A stretch of 63,775 bases of DNA, filler included, from Octopus bimaculoides (taxonomy: Eukaryota), in assembly GCF_001194135.2 (NCBI RefSeq). It is 9 parts of 9 records of this genome, joined end to end, with 100 filler letters (N's around TTAATTAATTAA, not from the genome) between each part and the next. Parts side by side here need not be neighbours in the genome. Positions count along the whole stretch, not along the records: positions 1 to 12,533 come from NC_069001.1; positions 12,634 to 19,794 come from NC_069006.1; 7 more parts are not named here. The stretch is one strand, 5' to 3'. Made by a program: the position numbers and the translations under genes. The notes beneath the pieces were generated by a model. The model ran no database searches, was not told where the DNA came from, and worked only from the letters and a program-made list of their open reading frames with translations. This document shows, in pieces, positions 1 to 13,751 of this stretch; positions within the stretch are counted from its first letter, which is position 1; each line of letters starts with the position of its first letter.

Positions 1-6
1 CTTGCT

Positions 7-27
7 ATGATAATAATAACAACAACA

Positions 28-75
<48 letters not shown>

Positions 76-183
76 TGATAATAATGATGATGATGATAAT
101 AAAAAAAGAAATTTCATTTGTGTTACATAGCTGGTTGCCTATGATTATAACATATCATAAAAGCTATATATACATGAATGTGA

Positions 184-258
<75 letters not shown>
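7..258. repeat. (AAT)n and (TA)n microsatellites, representative of dozens in the window
   Basis: Other examples: (GA)n 618-720 and 40939-41052, (AAT)n 2609-2970, (TA)n 13017-13083, (TATG)n 14395-14440, (GAT)n 41620-41708. Confidence 0.98.
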
Positions 259-261
<3 letters not shown>

Positions 262-320
262 ACCGTTGATTGAACACTATTCAATTTTTTTTCTCCGTGT
301 TTTTCTCCTTGTCTCCGTAT

Positions 321-357
321 TCTTTCTGTTGAAGAGCGTAGCTCGAAATGTCAAAGA
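321..357 (+). ncRNA. Minimal type-I hammerhead-ribozyme-like motif, variant core, in a probable PLE terminal-repeat remnant (~260-440)
   Basis: TCTTT-CTGTTGA-A-GAGC(GTA)GCTC-GAA-ATGT-C-AAAGA: stem I TCTTT/AAAGA, stem II GAGC/GCTC, GAAA, GTC cleavage triplet. The core has T at A6. Confidence 0.6.
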
Positions 358-616
358 CTTTCCGTATTCCCGAGCGTCATACTAATATATCCTTTTGTTA
401 TTTACACCACCTGTCCTCGTCTGTTGTTATTATTTGTATATTCTCCCATATATATACACACACATATATACACACACATATATATACATACATATAAAGG
501 ATTATATATATATATAGACAAAGACACACAGACAAACATGTGTAAAGTTAGATAAACAGATACATGCAGATAGAGAGATAAGCGGAGAGAGACAGAGATA
601 AAGATATAGATAAACC

Positions 617-680
<64 letters not shown>

Positions 681-2605
681 AAGAGATAGGGAGAGAGAGA
701 GAGGGAGAGAGGGAGAGATCAAGGTAATAGATAAATGGTTATAAAGTAAATGAAAGTGAGTTTTCGTTTGTGTGTGTTTGTGTACGTGAATTAGTTTATG
801 TTTGTGCGAATGTATATGTTTGCGTGGTATGGTGATGAGCTGCTAGAACCATTCACAACATTTCTTCCAGCTCTGAAGGTTCTGGAGTTCAAACCTCACT
901 GAGGTCAAACTTTGCCATTTATGTTTTCAGGGGTTGATAAAATAAAGTACCAGTCATGTATTTGTATGCATGTGTTTGTGGTGTCTCCTTGTTTTGCTGT
1001 CACACGAAACGTATAACTAAGCATCATTGTCAAGGAAGCAGTGTCCATTCGTTTCGAATCTTTCATAAAAAACACACCTGGTCGTGAGGAAGTATCTCCT
1101 TGCTTGGAAAGAGGCGAGTGTTGGTGACAGGAAGAGCATCTGACCTCAGAAAAATCTGCCTTAACAATTCATTCCATCTGACCCATGCAAGCACAGAAAA
1201 GTGGATGTTAACCCTTTCCCTGTCCTATATATCACATATTATACACTAAACATATTTCCATAGCATTCATATAACATATATGATATCACATTCCCAATGT
1301 TGCCTGTCCTGTTTATCACATGTGATATCCAGAACATATTTCCCTGGCATCTATGCATCACATATGATATCACATTCCCAGTTTTTTCGGACCCCAGAGT
1401 AACTTGGGACTCATGTTAGGAAAGCTTTATGTTACTTAAAACATATGAAAGAAGTGCTGTTTAGCTGTCTATAAACGAGCATGGACGTTGAGAAGAAACT
1501 TATGAAAATGCTTTGGATAAGCAAAGGGTCAAAGCAACGACGATGAAGACGATTTACTTTTTTATATGGGATCGTATATTGTTTTGCTTTTGGTTTTCTT
1601 TCCCCTCATCTTTTTACTAGCTTTGATTAGCATCTCGTCTAATTAGTGTTTGTTGTATCACAGTGAGGTCAGTTTGAATGGAGATGGACCAGACAAGAGA
1701 AGACTAATAACAAGGAGGGGTGGGGGGGGGCGGAGAAAAAGAAAGAAAAAGCAAAAACAAAAGAAAGAACAAGAACACACGCACAATCAATCGCCCCCCA
1801 CCACCACACACCCACCTGAGGACAGATGTTAATAATGCACGTGATGGTGTCAGGAATTGGTGCATATTTACGCCATAGTTGCTGCACTCTGCTGTCAATA
1901 ATCGCACAGTTTGTCGCTAGGAAGCAGAGTATATTGCATTTTATGAGCGACACAATTGCTGACCAACAGAAATGATGACGATGATGATGATGGTGATGAT
2001 GATAATGATGATAATTATGATGATGGTAATGATGATGATGATGATGATGATGATGGTGATGGTGATTTCATAATGATTTGAAACTTGTGAAGAACAGAAA
2101 CAAGAGACATCGAGTCAGGTCGTTCACCTCTTTGGAAGGAAAAGAAAAAATATCAGCCAAATGCTAAGCAATGAAATGTCTTTATGATTAAGGAAGGAAT
2201 ACTTCTTGTTTGTTGCTATTAAAGATATGCTGGGAGAGAGAGAGAGACGGGGAGAGTGTGAGAGAGAGGCAGAGAGAGGGAGAAAAAAAAGAAAGGGAAG
2301 GTGAGGAAAAGAGAGAGTAAGAGAGTGGAGTAGTGTGAGAGAGACAGGGGGGGGGCAAGAGAAGCAGAAAGAGAGAAAATGAAGAGAAAAAGAGAGAGAG
2401 AGGGAAGAAATAGTGATTAGATCGTTCTAGAAGATCTAATGGAGCCAAAAACTACAGTGAATTCTCATATGTGCATTTCACTGTTTCATTTTTACATCCA
2501 TTTTACCATGCTGTCATGGGTCAGATGTATATATTATTAGAGCCACTGTTTTCAGACATCGTTCCTCTCACTAAACCTCAACTGACTTTTTTTTTCGAGT
2601 GAGGC

Positions 2606-2675
<70 letters not shown>

Positions 2676-2869
2676 TGATAATAATAATAATAATAATAAT
2701 NNNNNNNNNNNNNNNNNNNNNNNNNNNNNNNNNNNNNNNNNNNNNNNNNNNNNNNNNNNNNNNNNNNNNNNNNNNNNNNNNNNNNNNNNNNNNNNNNNNN
2801 NNNNNNNNNNNNNNNNNNNNNNNNNNNNNNNNNNNNNNNNNNNNNNNNNNNNNNNNNNNNNNNNNNNNN

Positions 2870-2900
<31 letters not shown>

Positions 2901-2987
2901 TAATAATAATAATAATGATAATAATAATAATAATAATGATAATAATAATAATAATAATAATGATAATAATAATCCTTTCTACTATTC

Positions 2988-3348
2988 TTTTATTTGTTTC
3001 AGTCATTTGACTGCGGCCATGCTGGAGCACTGCTTTTTTTCTAGTTGAGCAAATCGACCCCAGGGCTTATTCTTTGTAAGCCTAGTACTTATTCTATCAG
3101 TCTCTTTTGATGAACTGCTAAGTTACGAGGACGTAAACACACCAGCATCGGTTGTCAAGTGATGGTGGGGGTGGGGGAGGACAAGCACAGACACAAACAT
3201 ACGACAAGCTTCTTTCAGTTTCCGTCTACCTCATCTACCCATAAGGCTTTGGTCAGCCCGAGGCTATAGTAGAAGACACATGTCCTAGGTGTCGTGGAAC
3301 CATGTGGTTGGGAAGCAAGGTACTTACCACACAGCCACCCCTGCACCT
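2988..3348 (-). mobile_element. SINE family 2 copy
   Basis: Same consensus. Partial copies at 8115-8301, 16232-16357, 41420-41564, 55240-55400 (minus) and 30851-30960, 44019-44370, 52700-52916 (plus). Confidence 0.88.
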
Positions 3349-3699
3349 ATATTCTATAGGCACAAGGCCTGAAAATTTAGGGGAAGAGGATTAGTTGATT
3401 AGATCGACCCAGTGTGAAACTGGTGCTTATTTCATTGACCCAGAAAGGCTGAAAGGCAAAGTCGACCTTGGCCAAATTTGAACTCAGAACATAGCAATGG
3501 GTGAAATACCGCTAAGCATTTCGTCCAGTCTGCCTCCATATATTTAGTCTGACCCATGCCAGCATGGAAAAGTGGATGCATGATGATGATGATGATGATG
3601 ATGATGAAGACACACACATGTATATAAGCTTGTATGTATTGTTAGCAATTGGCTCTTAGTCTGTTGCTAAGGGGCCACTGAAAAGTTAAAACACCTTGT

Positions 3700-4170
3700 A
3701 CACAGTTTGACATGACATGTGGCTGATCAAAGTAGGTCATGGCTGACACATCTAGGTCATGAGTGATTGTTGCAATTAGGTCATGCTGTGCCAGACAAAA
3801 ATCTAGGCTGCCATGCTGTGGCTGGCAAAAGCCAGATTATTGGATGCTTGACATAATTAGGTCATTGTGTTTAATAAAACTGGGTCATTGCGTACCTGAT
3901 AGATATAATTCAATCGGTGTTTGGAATGTCTGACAAAGCTGGGTCTTATTTTTTCTGACAAAACAAAGTAACTAGGTCATAATGGGAGAGAAAAACTGGG
4001 TTGTGTCTAACAAAACTGGGTCATTGTGTTTGACAAAAGTGTGTCATGGTATGTCTGACATAACTGTATCAGAGTATTTGACAAAACTGGGTCACTGTGC
4101 GGCTTGATACAAAGTAGGTCATTGTATCTGACGAAACTGGGTCATGTGTCTGACATAACTAGGTCGAGTC
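3700..4170. repeat. Degenerate ~22-bp minisatellite
   Basis: Recurrent AAAACTGGGTCATTGTGTCTGAC-like units, about 20 copies. Confidence 0.75.
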
Positions 4171-6643
4171 TAGTTGAAACAACTGTGTTGTCGTGTGGGT
4201 GGTACAACTAGGCTCTTGTTTGAGAGGCACCCCTGTGTTGCCGTGAGGGTGTCACATTTGTACCGTGTGGTGGCACAAGTAACATGTGACTGATGTGAGA
4301 CACAAGGCAATGAGGAGCAGTAACAAGGACAAACAAAATATAACAACAACAACAACAACATAAACAGCAACAGCAAGAATGTGAAGAAACCAAGCTAATG
4401 ACATGTCATCTAGAAATAGCAGCCAAAACTCCCTCGTAACCTACACTGTCACCTTTTCAAAGACACCCATGATTAATGTAGTCGGGAAGTAAAACAGATA
4501 GGATGGCCATGGCTGGAACACTGTTGATCAGAAGCTTACCTGTTCAGGATAATCTGGCTGGGGAGGTGTGAGAGGGGCAGGGGAGGGGTTAAAGAAACAG
4601 TAACAACATAAACATGTAAACAACAATGAACTGAGCCACTGAGGGAGCCTGGATGTGACTGATCATGTAGTCTGCTAGAAATAGCAGCCAAATCCCCCCC
4701 TTCTCCAATATAATTCAAGGTTCTCCTCAGAAGAGATGAACGGCATGGTTAATCATCATCATTGTCATCATCATCAACCTATTCCTCAATTGGTACTTAT
4801 TTTAACGACCCTAAAAAGATAAAAGGCAAAGCTAACCTCGGTGGAATTTGAACTTAAAATGCAAAGATAACTGAGACGCCACTAACAACAACAATGACGA
4901 CAGCTTTTATTTTGTTCTTGAGCCCTGGGACTGATAAGGCCAGAGCTTAACTAACCTGGTTTCCATGGTGAATAATCAACTGAAATTACAAGATTTCCTT
5001 CCTGGATGGGCCTTGCTAGTTTATTGCATTAACACATTTTTCATAGAGCTGAGCAGAGTGAAGCAAAGAGAAACGAAATGTTTTGCTGAAGAACACAAGA
5101 ACACTCAGGCCAGTCCAGGAATTGAAAGCACAATTTCATGACTGCATGAGTACAGCACCTTAACCACTAGGCCAACATGCCTACAACAACAACAACAACA
5201 ACAGTAACAAAACCAACAGCAGTAGCAGCAGCAGTGAAAAGCATATGAAGTAATGTTGATAAGATCTTGTGGGAAAAGATTGTAGATCTTTAAACAACAG
5301 CTTTATTAGTTTCAAACTAATAGCATTGACATGGTTATGGTAGAGGCGGTGGTGGTGGTTGTATAACACTGAAGTAGTGTATGATGGTGGTGATGGTGGT
5401 GGTGGTGGTGGTGGTGGTGGTGGTGGTATTGCAGCTGTGCTGCTGTTGTGGTGAAGGCGGTGGTGGTGTATGGTGCTGGAGAAGTATACGATGGTGTTGG
5501 TGGCGGTAATGATTGGTGGAAGCGTACAGTAGTAATGTATTGTGGTGGTAGTGGTAGTGGTGGTTTTTGTTGTTGTGGTGGTGGTGGTGACGATGATGAT
5601 GATTGTATGATTGAGCATGGTGGTGGTGGTGGTGGTGGTGGTGGTGGTGGTGGTGGTGGTGTAATGATAGTGATGAAGGCGGTGGTGGTGTTGGTGGTAG
5701 TAGCAACGGTGGTGGTGATGACAACATGAGGAGTGGTGAGAGGAGGTAACAGTGTCATAGAATTAAAGATTCTAAACACTTCCGACTGACATCCAATACT
5801 GACTGGAATTGGCAACTTTCACAATGACCGGTGGTCATTTCGGCTGTCCCCACCTCCCACTCACCCCCAGCCCCACCGCAACCTCCGTCATCGGTTTTAT
5901 TTTCGACTTCAGATGATCGGCTCCAGAAAATCTATTTTCACACACACACACACAATGATGAGAATTCAGTTGTTAATCAGACAACCAACTCCAGCAGCAT
6001 CGTCAGTGGCATGGAGGTGTGATCTCCTGCCCCAGGTGCCACTTTCATGATGGGGTCAGCACATTTGGGTCTGCTGCATGAGCCCATGCAGGCAGTTTAC
6101 TGAGGGAGGAGTGCAGGGGTGGGGGAGCAGACTGAAGGGAGGCACAAACTCTAGCTATGCCACCGACCTAGTCACTGAATTATCTTGGTATAAGTGGCTG
6201 AGTATCTCACAGGCTGAATCAGCATCAACACAATGTATGTAGTAAGGCGTTAGGAAGGGCATCCAGCTGTAGAAACCTTGTGAAATCAGACTGGAACTTG
6301 ATGCAGCTCTCCAGCTCACCGGCTTCTGTCAAACTGTCCAACCTATTGCCGCTCCACTGAACTCTTCAACGCTGTGCCCCAGCATGGCCACAGACCAAAG
6401 AGATAAATGAAACATAAAATCTGTTGATCCACATCTAGAAAGTAGGATAAACGAAAATTGTGCATTGGAGGAGGAACACTTGAGAGAATTCCAGAAAAGA
6501 AGGTTTTTTTTTTTGCCTTTTTCTTTTTGGAAAATGAAAATAAGAAACGTTTGTACTTAGAAGCTTAAAAGTGATTAAAACCCAACACACATGTAACAAC
6601 AACAACAACATCACCCACTTGTATGTAGAGGGAGACAGACAGA

Positions 6644-6681
<38 letters not shown>

Positions 6682-7027
6682 CATACTTATATGCATACTT
6701 TTATACATACGGATATACACATATATATATACATTCATACGTACATATACTTCGTTTTTGTACCCACATGCACAAACATGAAGGTAACACTACTTATATC
6801 AACATACATGCACATACAACACACCCTCTTTCTGGTGCATAAAGTCACATATATATACTCTGTGTGTGTGCATGCATGCATGCATACATATATATACATG
6901 TATATATACACACACATAAATAAAACATATACATACATATATATATATATATATATTTATATATTTATATACACATGTATACACGTACATGCTTAAAAGC
7001 ATATACACATACACACATACATAAAAG

Positions 7028-7073
<46 letters not shown>

Positions 7074-9457
7074 NNNNNNNNNNNNNNNNNNNNNNNNNNN
7101 NNNNNNNNNNNNNNNNNNNNNNNNNNNNNNNNNNNNNNNNNNNNNNNNNNNNNNNNNNNNNNNNNNNNNNNNNNNNNNNNNNNNNNNNNNNNNNNNNNNN
7201 NNNNNNNNNNNNNNNNNNNNNNNNNNNNNNNNNNNNNNNNNNNNNNNNNNNNNNNNNNNNNNNNNNNNNNNNNNNNNNNNNNNNNNNNNNNNNNNNNNNN
7301 NNNNNNNNNNNNNNNNNNNNNNNNNNNNNNNNNNNNNNNNNNNNNNNNNNNNNNNNNNNNNNNNNNNNNNNNNNNNNCCCTTTTCTTCTCTTTCTCTCTT
7401 GAGTTTTTTTTTTTCGTTTTTGTTTTTAAAATAAATCCCACCAGTTTTTCTTTTTGTTTTAAAATATTTATTTGAAGTGATATAATTTCTTAGATCACAT
7501 GTGTGTGTGTGTGTGTGTGTGTGTACACGTGTGTGCATGCATGAGTTTATGCCTGTGTGTGTGTGTGTGTGTGTGTGTGTGCATGTTTATCACAAATTTG
7601 CTCTATGAGTAGACAAGTTAGATGCTGTCTACACAGGCTAATTATAAAAATATAAATATTAATTAGTTCACCATCATTATCATCATCATCATCGTTTAAC
7701 GTCTGTTTTCTCTGCTGGCATGGGTTGGATGGTTTGACTGAGGTCTGGTGAACTAGATGGCTACACCAGGCTCCAATCTGATCTGGCAAAGCTTCTACAG
7801 CTGGATGCCCTTCCTCATGCCAACCACTCCGAGACTGTAGTGGGGGCTTTTTATGTGCCACTGGCACGGGAGCCAGTCAGGTGGTCCTGGAATTGATTGA
7901 ATATAAAAACTGGTACTACATCAGTTCCTGTTAATTTGATCAACAGAACTGCCTGCTCATGAAATTAACGTGCAAGTGGCTGAGTACTCCACAGACACAG
8001 AATGTGACGGGGCTGGCACCTTTCGAATTACAGGTACAAGTCACTTTTTGGCCAGCTGAGTGGACTGGAGCAACATGATATAAAGTGTCTTGCTCAAGGA
8101 CTCATTGAAATGTGGCCAAGCGATGGTGGGGGACAAACACAAACACACAAACATACATACACACACACACATACATACATATATGATGGGCTTCTTTCAG
8201 TTTCTACTAAATCCACTCAGAAGGCTTTGGTCAGGTCAAGGCTATAGTAGAAGACACGTGCCTGAGGTGCCATGAAGTGGGACTGAACCAGGAACCATGT
8301 GTGTATATATATATATATATATATACACACACATTTCTTTACCATGCCAAACCTCAGCCATGCAGCATACTCTATGATACATTCATATTTGTTGATTGTG
8401 AAGGAGGTTAGTGGTGGTTGAAGTCATGGTGGTGGTGGTGGTGGTTATTGAGGAGGGGAGGTTCGGGGTGGAAGTGGTGGAGTGTGTCATGATGCTGTCA
8501 CATATTATGTAAACCTTGTCAGAGACCTACTATTGTATGAGGTGCCATTTCCTGCCATATTTTCAGCTCTCATTCAGGGCACCACCACCACCACCACCAC
8601 CACCACCACCACCACCACCACTGCTACCACCATTACTCACCACCACCATCATCGTCATCATAACACTCCTACCCCCTACTACTATTAGCAAGGTTACTAC
8701 TGACTCACTGAGGGAGTGATTCTGTGATTGCCTGATCCTGCTAGAAAAAACAGCCAATTCTGTCTGAAACCACAAGGTTACATTGGATTACAAAACAATG
8801 TAGTCCTAGATACACAATGCCTGAATAAGAGACAGGATTGTCAAGGCTGGGATGTCATTGCTACTACAAATCAGTTCAAGATCTTAAACATTTTGTATCT
8901 CATAATTTGCTTATGTGTGTTTCAGGTGAGTGAGTGCTACATAATATAATGATGTAGTTAAGGCAATCCTTAATTAATCAACAACACCTTTACATTGAGC
9001 CACACAAACACCAAGCTCCTCATCCTCCTCAGTTGTTAAGGAGATGAAGACCTGAATGGGAGGAACTTGATGTGGAATAAGAGGGAGCACTGCTCAGATA
9101 GATACTCATCGATTAACAGACGCTGAGACATTCTCAACAGCAAATATTGAGTACTGCAAGATGTCTCTAAGAGTATAATCCCAACAGCAGAGTAGAAACT
9201 TTACTACCACAGAAAGGAGAGAGGTTGCAAGGAGAGAAGGAAGACTGCTTTAGGTCCGTTTGAAACGAGTGATAAGAAGAATATTGTTTTGTGGCAGCGG
9301 CACAATTATGCGAATGAAGCAAACTACCTGTAATCTATCAGAGTGTGAAGTGGTTTCACCAGTCCTTCATCCTTCATCCCACTGTCTCAGATGTCCAAAA
9401 TAACATGAGTTGACAACAGAAGACAAAGATACAGTTATATACGTAGATAGATAGGTA

Positions 9458-9504
<47 letters not shown>

Positions 9505-9668
9505 GGGGGGGGAGAAATAGATATATCTACACTCACACATACATGGGGAGAAAGAAAGCAAAAAGAGTGACATGCCCACCCATAGAGAAAAGACAGAGAC
9601 GGGGTTGTGTTTAAAAAAAAATGCGTTTTAAGTTATTTTATGCATCTTCTCCTTAGAGAGAGAGAGAG

Positions 9669-9703
<35 letters not shown>

Positions 9704-10508
9704 NNNNNNNNNNNNNNNNNNNNNNNNNNNNNNNNNNNNNNNNNNNNNNNNNNNNNNNNNNNNNNNNNNNNNNNNNNNNNNNNNNNNNNNNNNNNNNNNN
9801 NNNNNNNNNNNNNNNNNNNNNNNNNNNNNNNNNNNNNNNNNNNNNNNNNNNNNNNNNNNNNNNNNNNNNNNNNNNNNNNNNNNNNNNNNNNNNNNNNNNN
9901 NNNNNNNNNNNNNNNNNNNNNNNNNNNNNNNNNNNNNNNNNNNNNNNNNNNNNNNNNNNNNNNNNNNNNNNNNNNNNNNNNNNNNNNNNNNNNNNNNNNN
10001 NNNNNNNNNNNNNNNNNNNNNNNNNNNNNNNNNNNNNNNNNNNNNNNNNNNNNNNNNNNNNNNNNNNNNNNNNNNNNNNNNNNNNNNNNNNNNNNNNNAG
10101 CGAGAGAGAAAGAGATAAAGAGAGAGAAGTTAACCTTGTGATGGACTGGCATCCCATCCAGGCGTCTTAATCTCAATCAGTATGGGAAGTGGATTAGTTA
10201 AGTTCTGGTCCTATGGGACCTATGGCATTGATACTAGTTTTTGTTGTTTAACCACAAGTCACTCCACCCCTCATTGAGAATGACGATCTAAGGCCTTCCA
10301 ACCATGACCATCCTGGCATTTTACAGCTCTTGTAGGACCACAATATCCAATGTGTTATTTCCTCTCTTTAGATAGTAGTACAACATATGTGTGACATGAA
10401 GAAGATTTGGCTACTATTTCTAGCAAGCTGCACAACCATGTAGAGGCTTACCCATTGAGCTGTTCTTAGTAGTGGTGGTGATGATGGTGGTGGCGATGAT
10501 GACGGTGG

Positions 10509-10539
<31 letters not shown>

Positions 10540-11061
10540 TTAGCCCTAAGTCGACTGAACAGGCAGACCTATGATCATACACATTCCAGTTTGTGACCCT
10601 CTTGTTGTTTATTCAGACACAGTGTATCTAGCCTTACATTATCCTCCACTGCCTCTCTCCTCCGTGGTGGTGGTCGTGGTGGGTAATTCGAGGGAGCTTC
10701 AGCTGCTGGCTAGCCTACATAGAGGCTCCCTTGTTTGTGGTGGTAGTGGCGAGGGGGGTGCAGCGTTGGGTGTTGTGGGTGAAGATGATGAAGAGGGGGG
10801 GAGAGAAGAAGAGGAACAGGGTTGTGGTGGTGGTGGCGGTGAGAGGGCGAATATAATGATGCTATTATTACTGCAGTGATGGTTGTTGTTGTTTGTTGTT
10901 GTTTGGTGGTGGTGGTGGTGGTGACGATGTTGAAAATGATGATGATGATGATGATGGTGGTGATGATGCTCTAGATCNNNNNNNNNNNNNNNNNNNNNNN
11001 NNNNNNNNNNNNNNNNNNNNNNNNNNNNNNNTGGTGGTGGTGGTGGTGACGATGTTGAAAA

Positions 11062-11095
<34 letters not shown>

Positions 11096-11895
11096 GGTGG
11101 TGGCAGTGGTGTTGATAGTGGAGGTGATGGTGATGATGATGATGATAGTGAAGTTGATTATGATAGTAGTAATGATGAGGATGGTGATGATGATGATGAA
11201 GAAGCTTTGGTGGTTGACACAGTGCCCACTGCTCCCCCTCCCCACACACACTTAAGGGAAGGAAGTTCTCTGCCCCCCACACACACACACACAGAACAGG
11301 CTCAACAGGCTGCATGTCCCATCCTCATGGAAAAAAAAAGGGTCAGAAACCTAACAAGATGTGATAAAGGGTCAAGGAGAGGATGTTAGACAATGTCGGT
11401 CAATACACTTGTAGTCATTATAGTAATAGCAGTGGTGGTGGTGGTAGCAGTATTAGTAATGGCAGTAGTAGTAGTAGTAGTGGTGGTGGTGGTGGTGGTG
11501 GTTGTGGTGGTGGTAATGGTGGTGGTGGTGGTGGTAATTACTGTTGTTGTTGTTGTTGTTGTTGTTGTCACTGACTCATTGTCCCCTTCAGAAAGAAACA
11601 GACCACTCATACATAATTAAAAAGAACTAAAAAAACAAAAAAAAAACAGAGATCAAGACACGTCACTTATTAACATAAGTAAAAGTAAGCAATTAAACCT
11701 GCATGAAACAAAAAGAATACAAATAAATAAATAATTAAATAAAGGATGATGATGATGATGATGATGACTATTCTTTTTGTTAGGTGCAAGGGTTCAAGAC
11801 ATTGCAGACACGGTACAATATAGAAGGGTAATAAAACAACATATATAAATCCACAAGTTTTTTTTTTATTCTCTCTGTTTATTTTCTCTTATTCC

Positions 11896-11929
11896 TTTCT
11901 GCTGAAGAGCATAGGCTTGAAATGTAAAA
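11896..11929 (+). ncRNA. Second, more degenerate hammerhead-like motif of the same repeat family (~11855-11970)
   Basis: TTT-CTGCTGA-A-GAGC(ATAG)GCTT-GAA-ATGT-A-AAA; the downstream flank (TTCCC..GC.TCA.ACTAATA) matches the 321 copy. Confidence 0.45.
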
Positions 11930-12577
11930 AAATTTCTCACCTTCCCGGGCATCAAACTAATACACCTCTAATAGACCTCTAGCATTATGTCGTGCCTGAG
12001 AAGAAGATCCATTAAGCCGAACAAAATTGCAGTTGTGGCAGATACTTGTGTCACGCAAACTGGCACCTGTGCTGGTGGCACGTAAAAACATCCATTACAC
12101 TTTCAGAGTGGTTGGCGTTAAGGAAGGGCATCCAGTTGTAGAAAACCATGCCAAGTCAGACTGGAATCTGGTGCAACCTTCCAGCATGTCAGCCCTGGTC
12201 CAACCATCCAACCCATGCCAGCATGGACAACGGATGTTAAATGATGATGATGATGATCATGTAGATAAATTCTCACAACAAAATCTTGTATGGACTCCCA
12301 AGAGCCATATGGGCCCTGGTTGAGAACCATCTGCCTTATAATCAACAAATAAAAAAATAAAAAGCAACAAAAAAAAATAGAAAAGTGGTGGATTAAAGAA
12401 GGGGAGGATTAAACAAGTGTTTGCTTACCTTTGGTTAGTTAATTCAAAAGGATGGGTAGTCACATGGTAAATTTTTTAAAAAACCCAAAAGAGCAAACTT
12501 GGTTTGACAGTAAATAAAATAGTCTTTTGTTTTNNNNNNNNNNNNNNNNNNNNNNNNNNNNNNNNNNNNNNNNNNNN

Positions 12578-12589
12578 TTAATTAATTAA
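12578..12589. other. Scaffolding linker TTAATTAATTAA inside N gaps (assembly artefact)
   Basis: Identical 12-mer between N runs at 12578, 19839, 26143, 31740, 37324, 47050, 51109, 62225; it has stops in all six frames. Confidence 0.95.
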
Positions 12590-12964
12590 NNNNNNNNNNN
12601 NNNNNNNNNNNNNNNNNNNNNNNNNNNNNNNNNACAGAGAATATACATAATTTATGTGTGTGTGTCTGTGTGTGTGTGTGTGCATGTATACATACATGCA
12701 CATAAACATACATACATACACACATGTATATGTACATATACATACATATATACATGTGTGTTTGTTGTTAAAAAGGATTATTTCCTTATACCTAAAGTAT
12801 TTTAAAAGTATTTATGTGTTTGACTAACATCAACCGCACTCATCTCTGTGTCTGAAGTAAAGAAACTATTATGAAGGAGAAAATAATCCTGTTTGCCAAA
12901 ATATAATTTTAGCAGACATTACATTTGTGTAGCACAAAGACGGATTGAACACACTGCGTACAGT

Positions 12965-13001
<37 letters not shown>

Positions 13002-13014
13002 ATATATATTTGTT

Positions 13015-13096
<82 letters not shown>

Positions 13097-13712
13097 ACAC
13101 ACATATATATATATACACGCACATAGGTTTGGTGATGCAAACAGAAAAAAATAGAACTCAAAAAAACATGAGAATATTACATATTTATTTTATTAGTATT
13201 TAGTAGAAGCAACAGAGTGGCGTAACAACCAAGAATTTTGTGCGTTAGCACTTAAAAAAACTAGTTACAGATCAAGTTCCAGATTATCTTTGCAATTTCG
13301 GCTGGTTATACTCAAGAGTGCTCCAATCTGGCCAGCCCCAAGGAAAAACTCAACTAAGAGCACTAGATTCCTTGGAAGAAAGCAGCGAAAGTATATGAAA
13401 ACAAGGACAGAAAAAATCGGAGAAATGGTACACAAATACAAATAACAGGACATTAACAGCGGGTGTCTTTCAACCAAGGACGAATTAAATTAAACTGGCA
13501 TATGTGGAAGTAAAGCCTTATGGCAGAGACATAAGTTTTGACAGGCACAGGGAGGAATATAGATGTTGCATGGATAGTAGGCGAACCAAGAAAGAAAGGT
13601 CAGGCTTGGGCGAACACCGGTCATGTGGGGAGAGAGAGGTAGAGAGATAGAAGAACTAAGGAGGGTCGAGAAAAAGATAATGAAAGGGACAAAGTGAAGT
13701 GAAAGAGGAGGG

Positions 13713-13751
<39 letters not shown>

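Noticed and set aside
12578-12589. TTAATTAATTAA motif recurring 8 times between N runs, superficially a spaced-repeat or CRISPR-like array
   Set aside because: It is always embedded in N gaps and encodes stops in all six frames, so it is a scaffolding linker.
13288-13348. Minus-strand GGCTGG..CCAGCC stem followed by GAAA, resembling a hammerhead stem II
   Set aside because: The upstream CTGANGA core is absent (CCTTGGG), so it is too degenerate to call.
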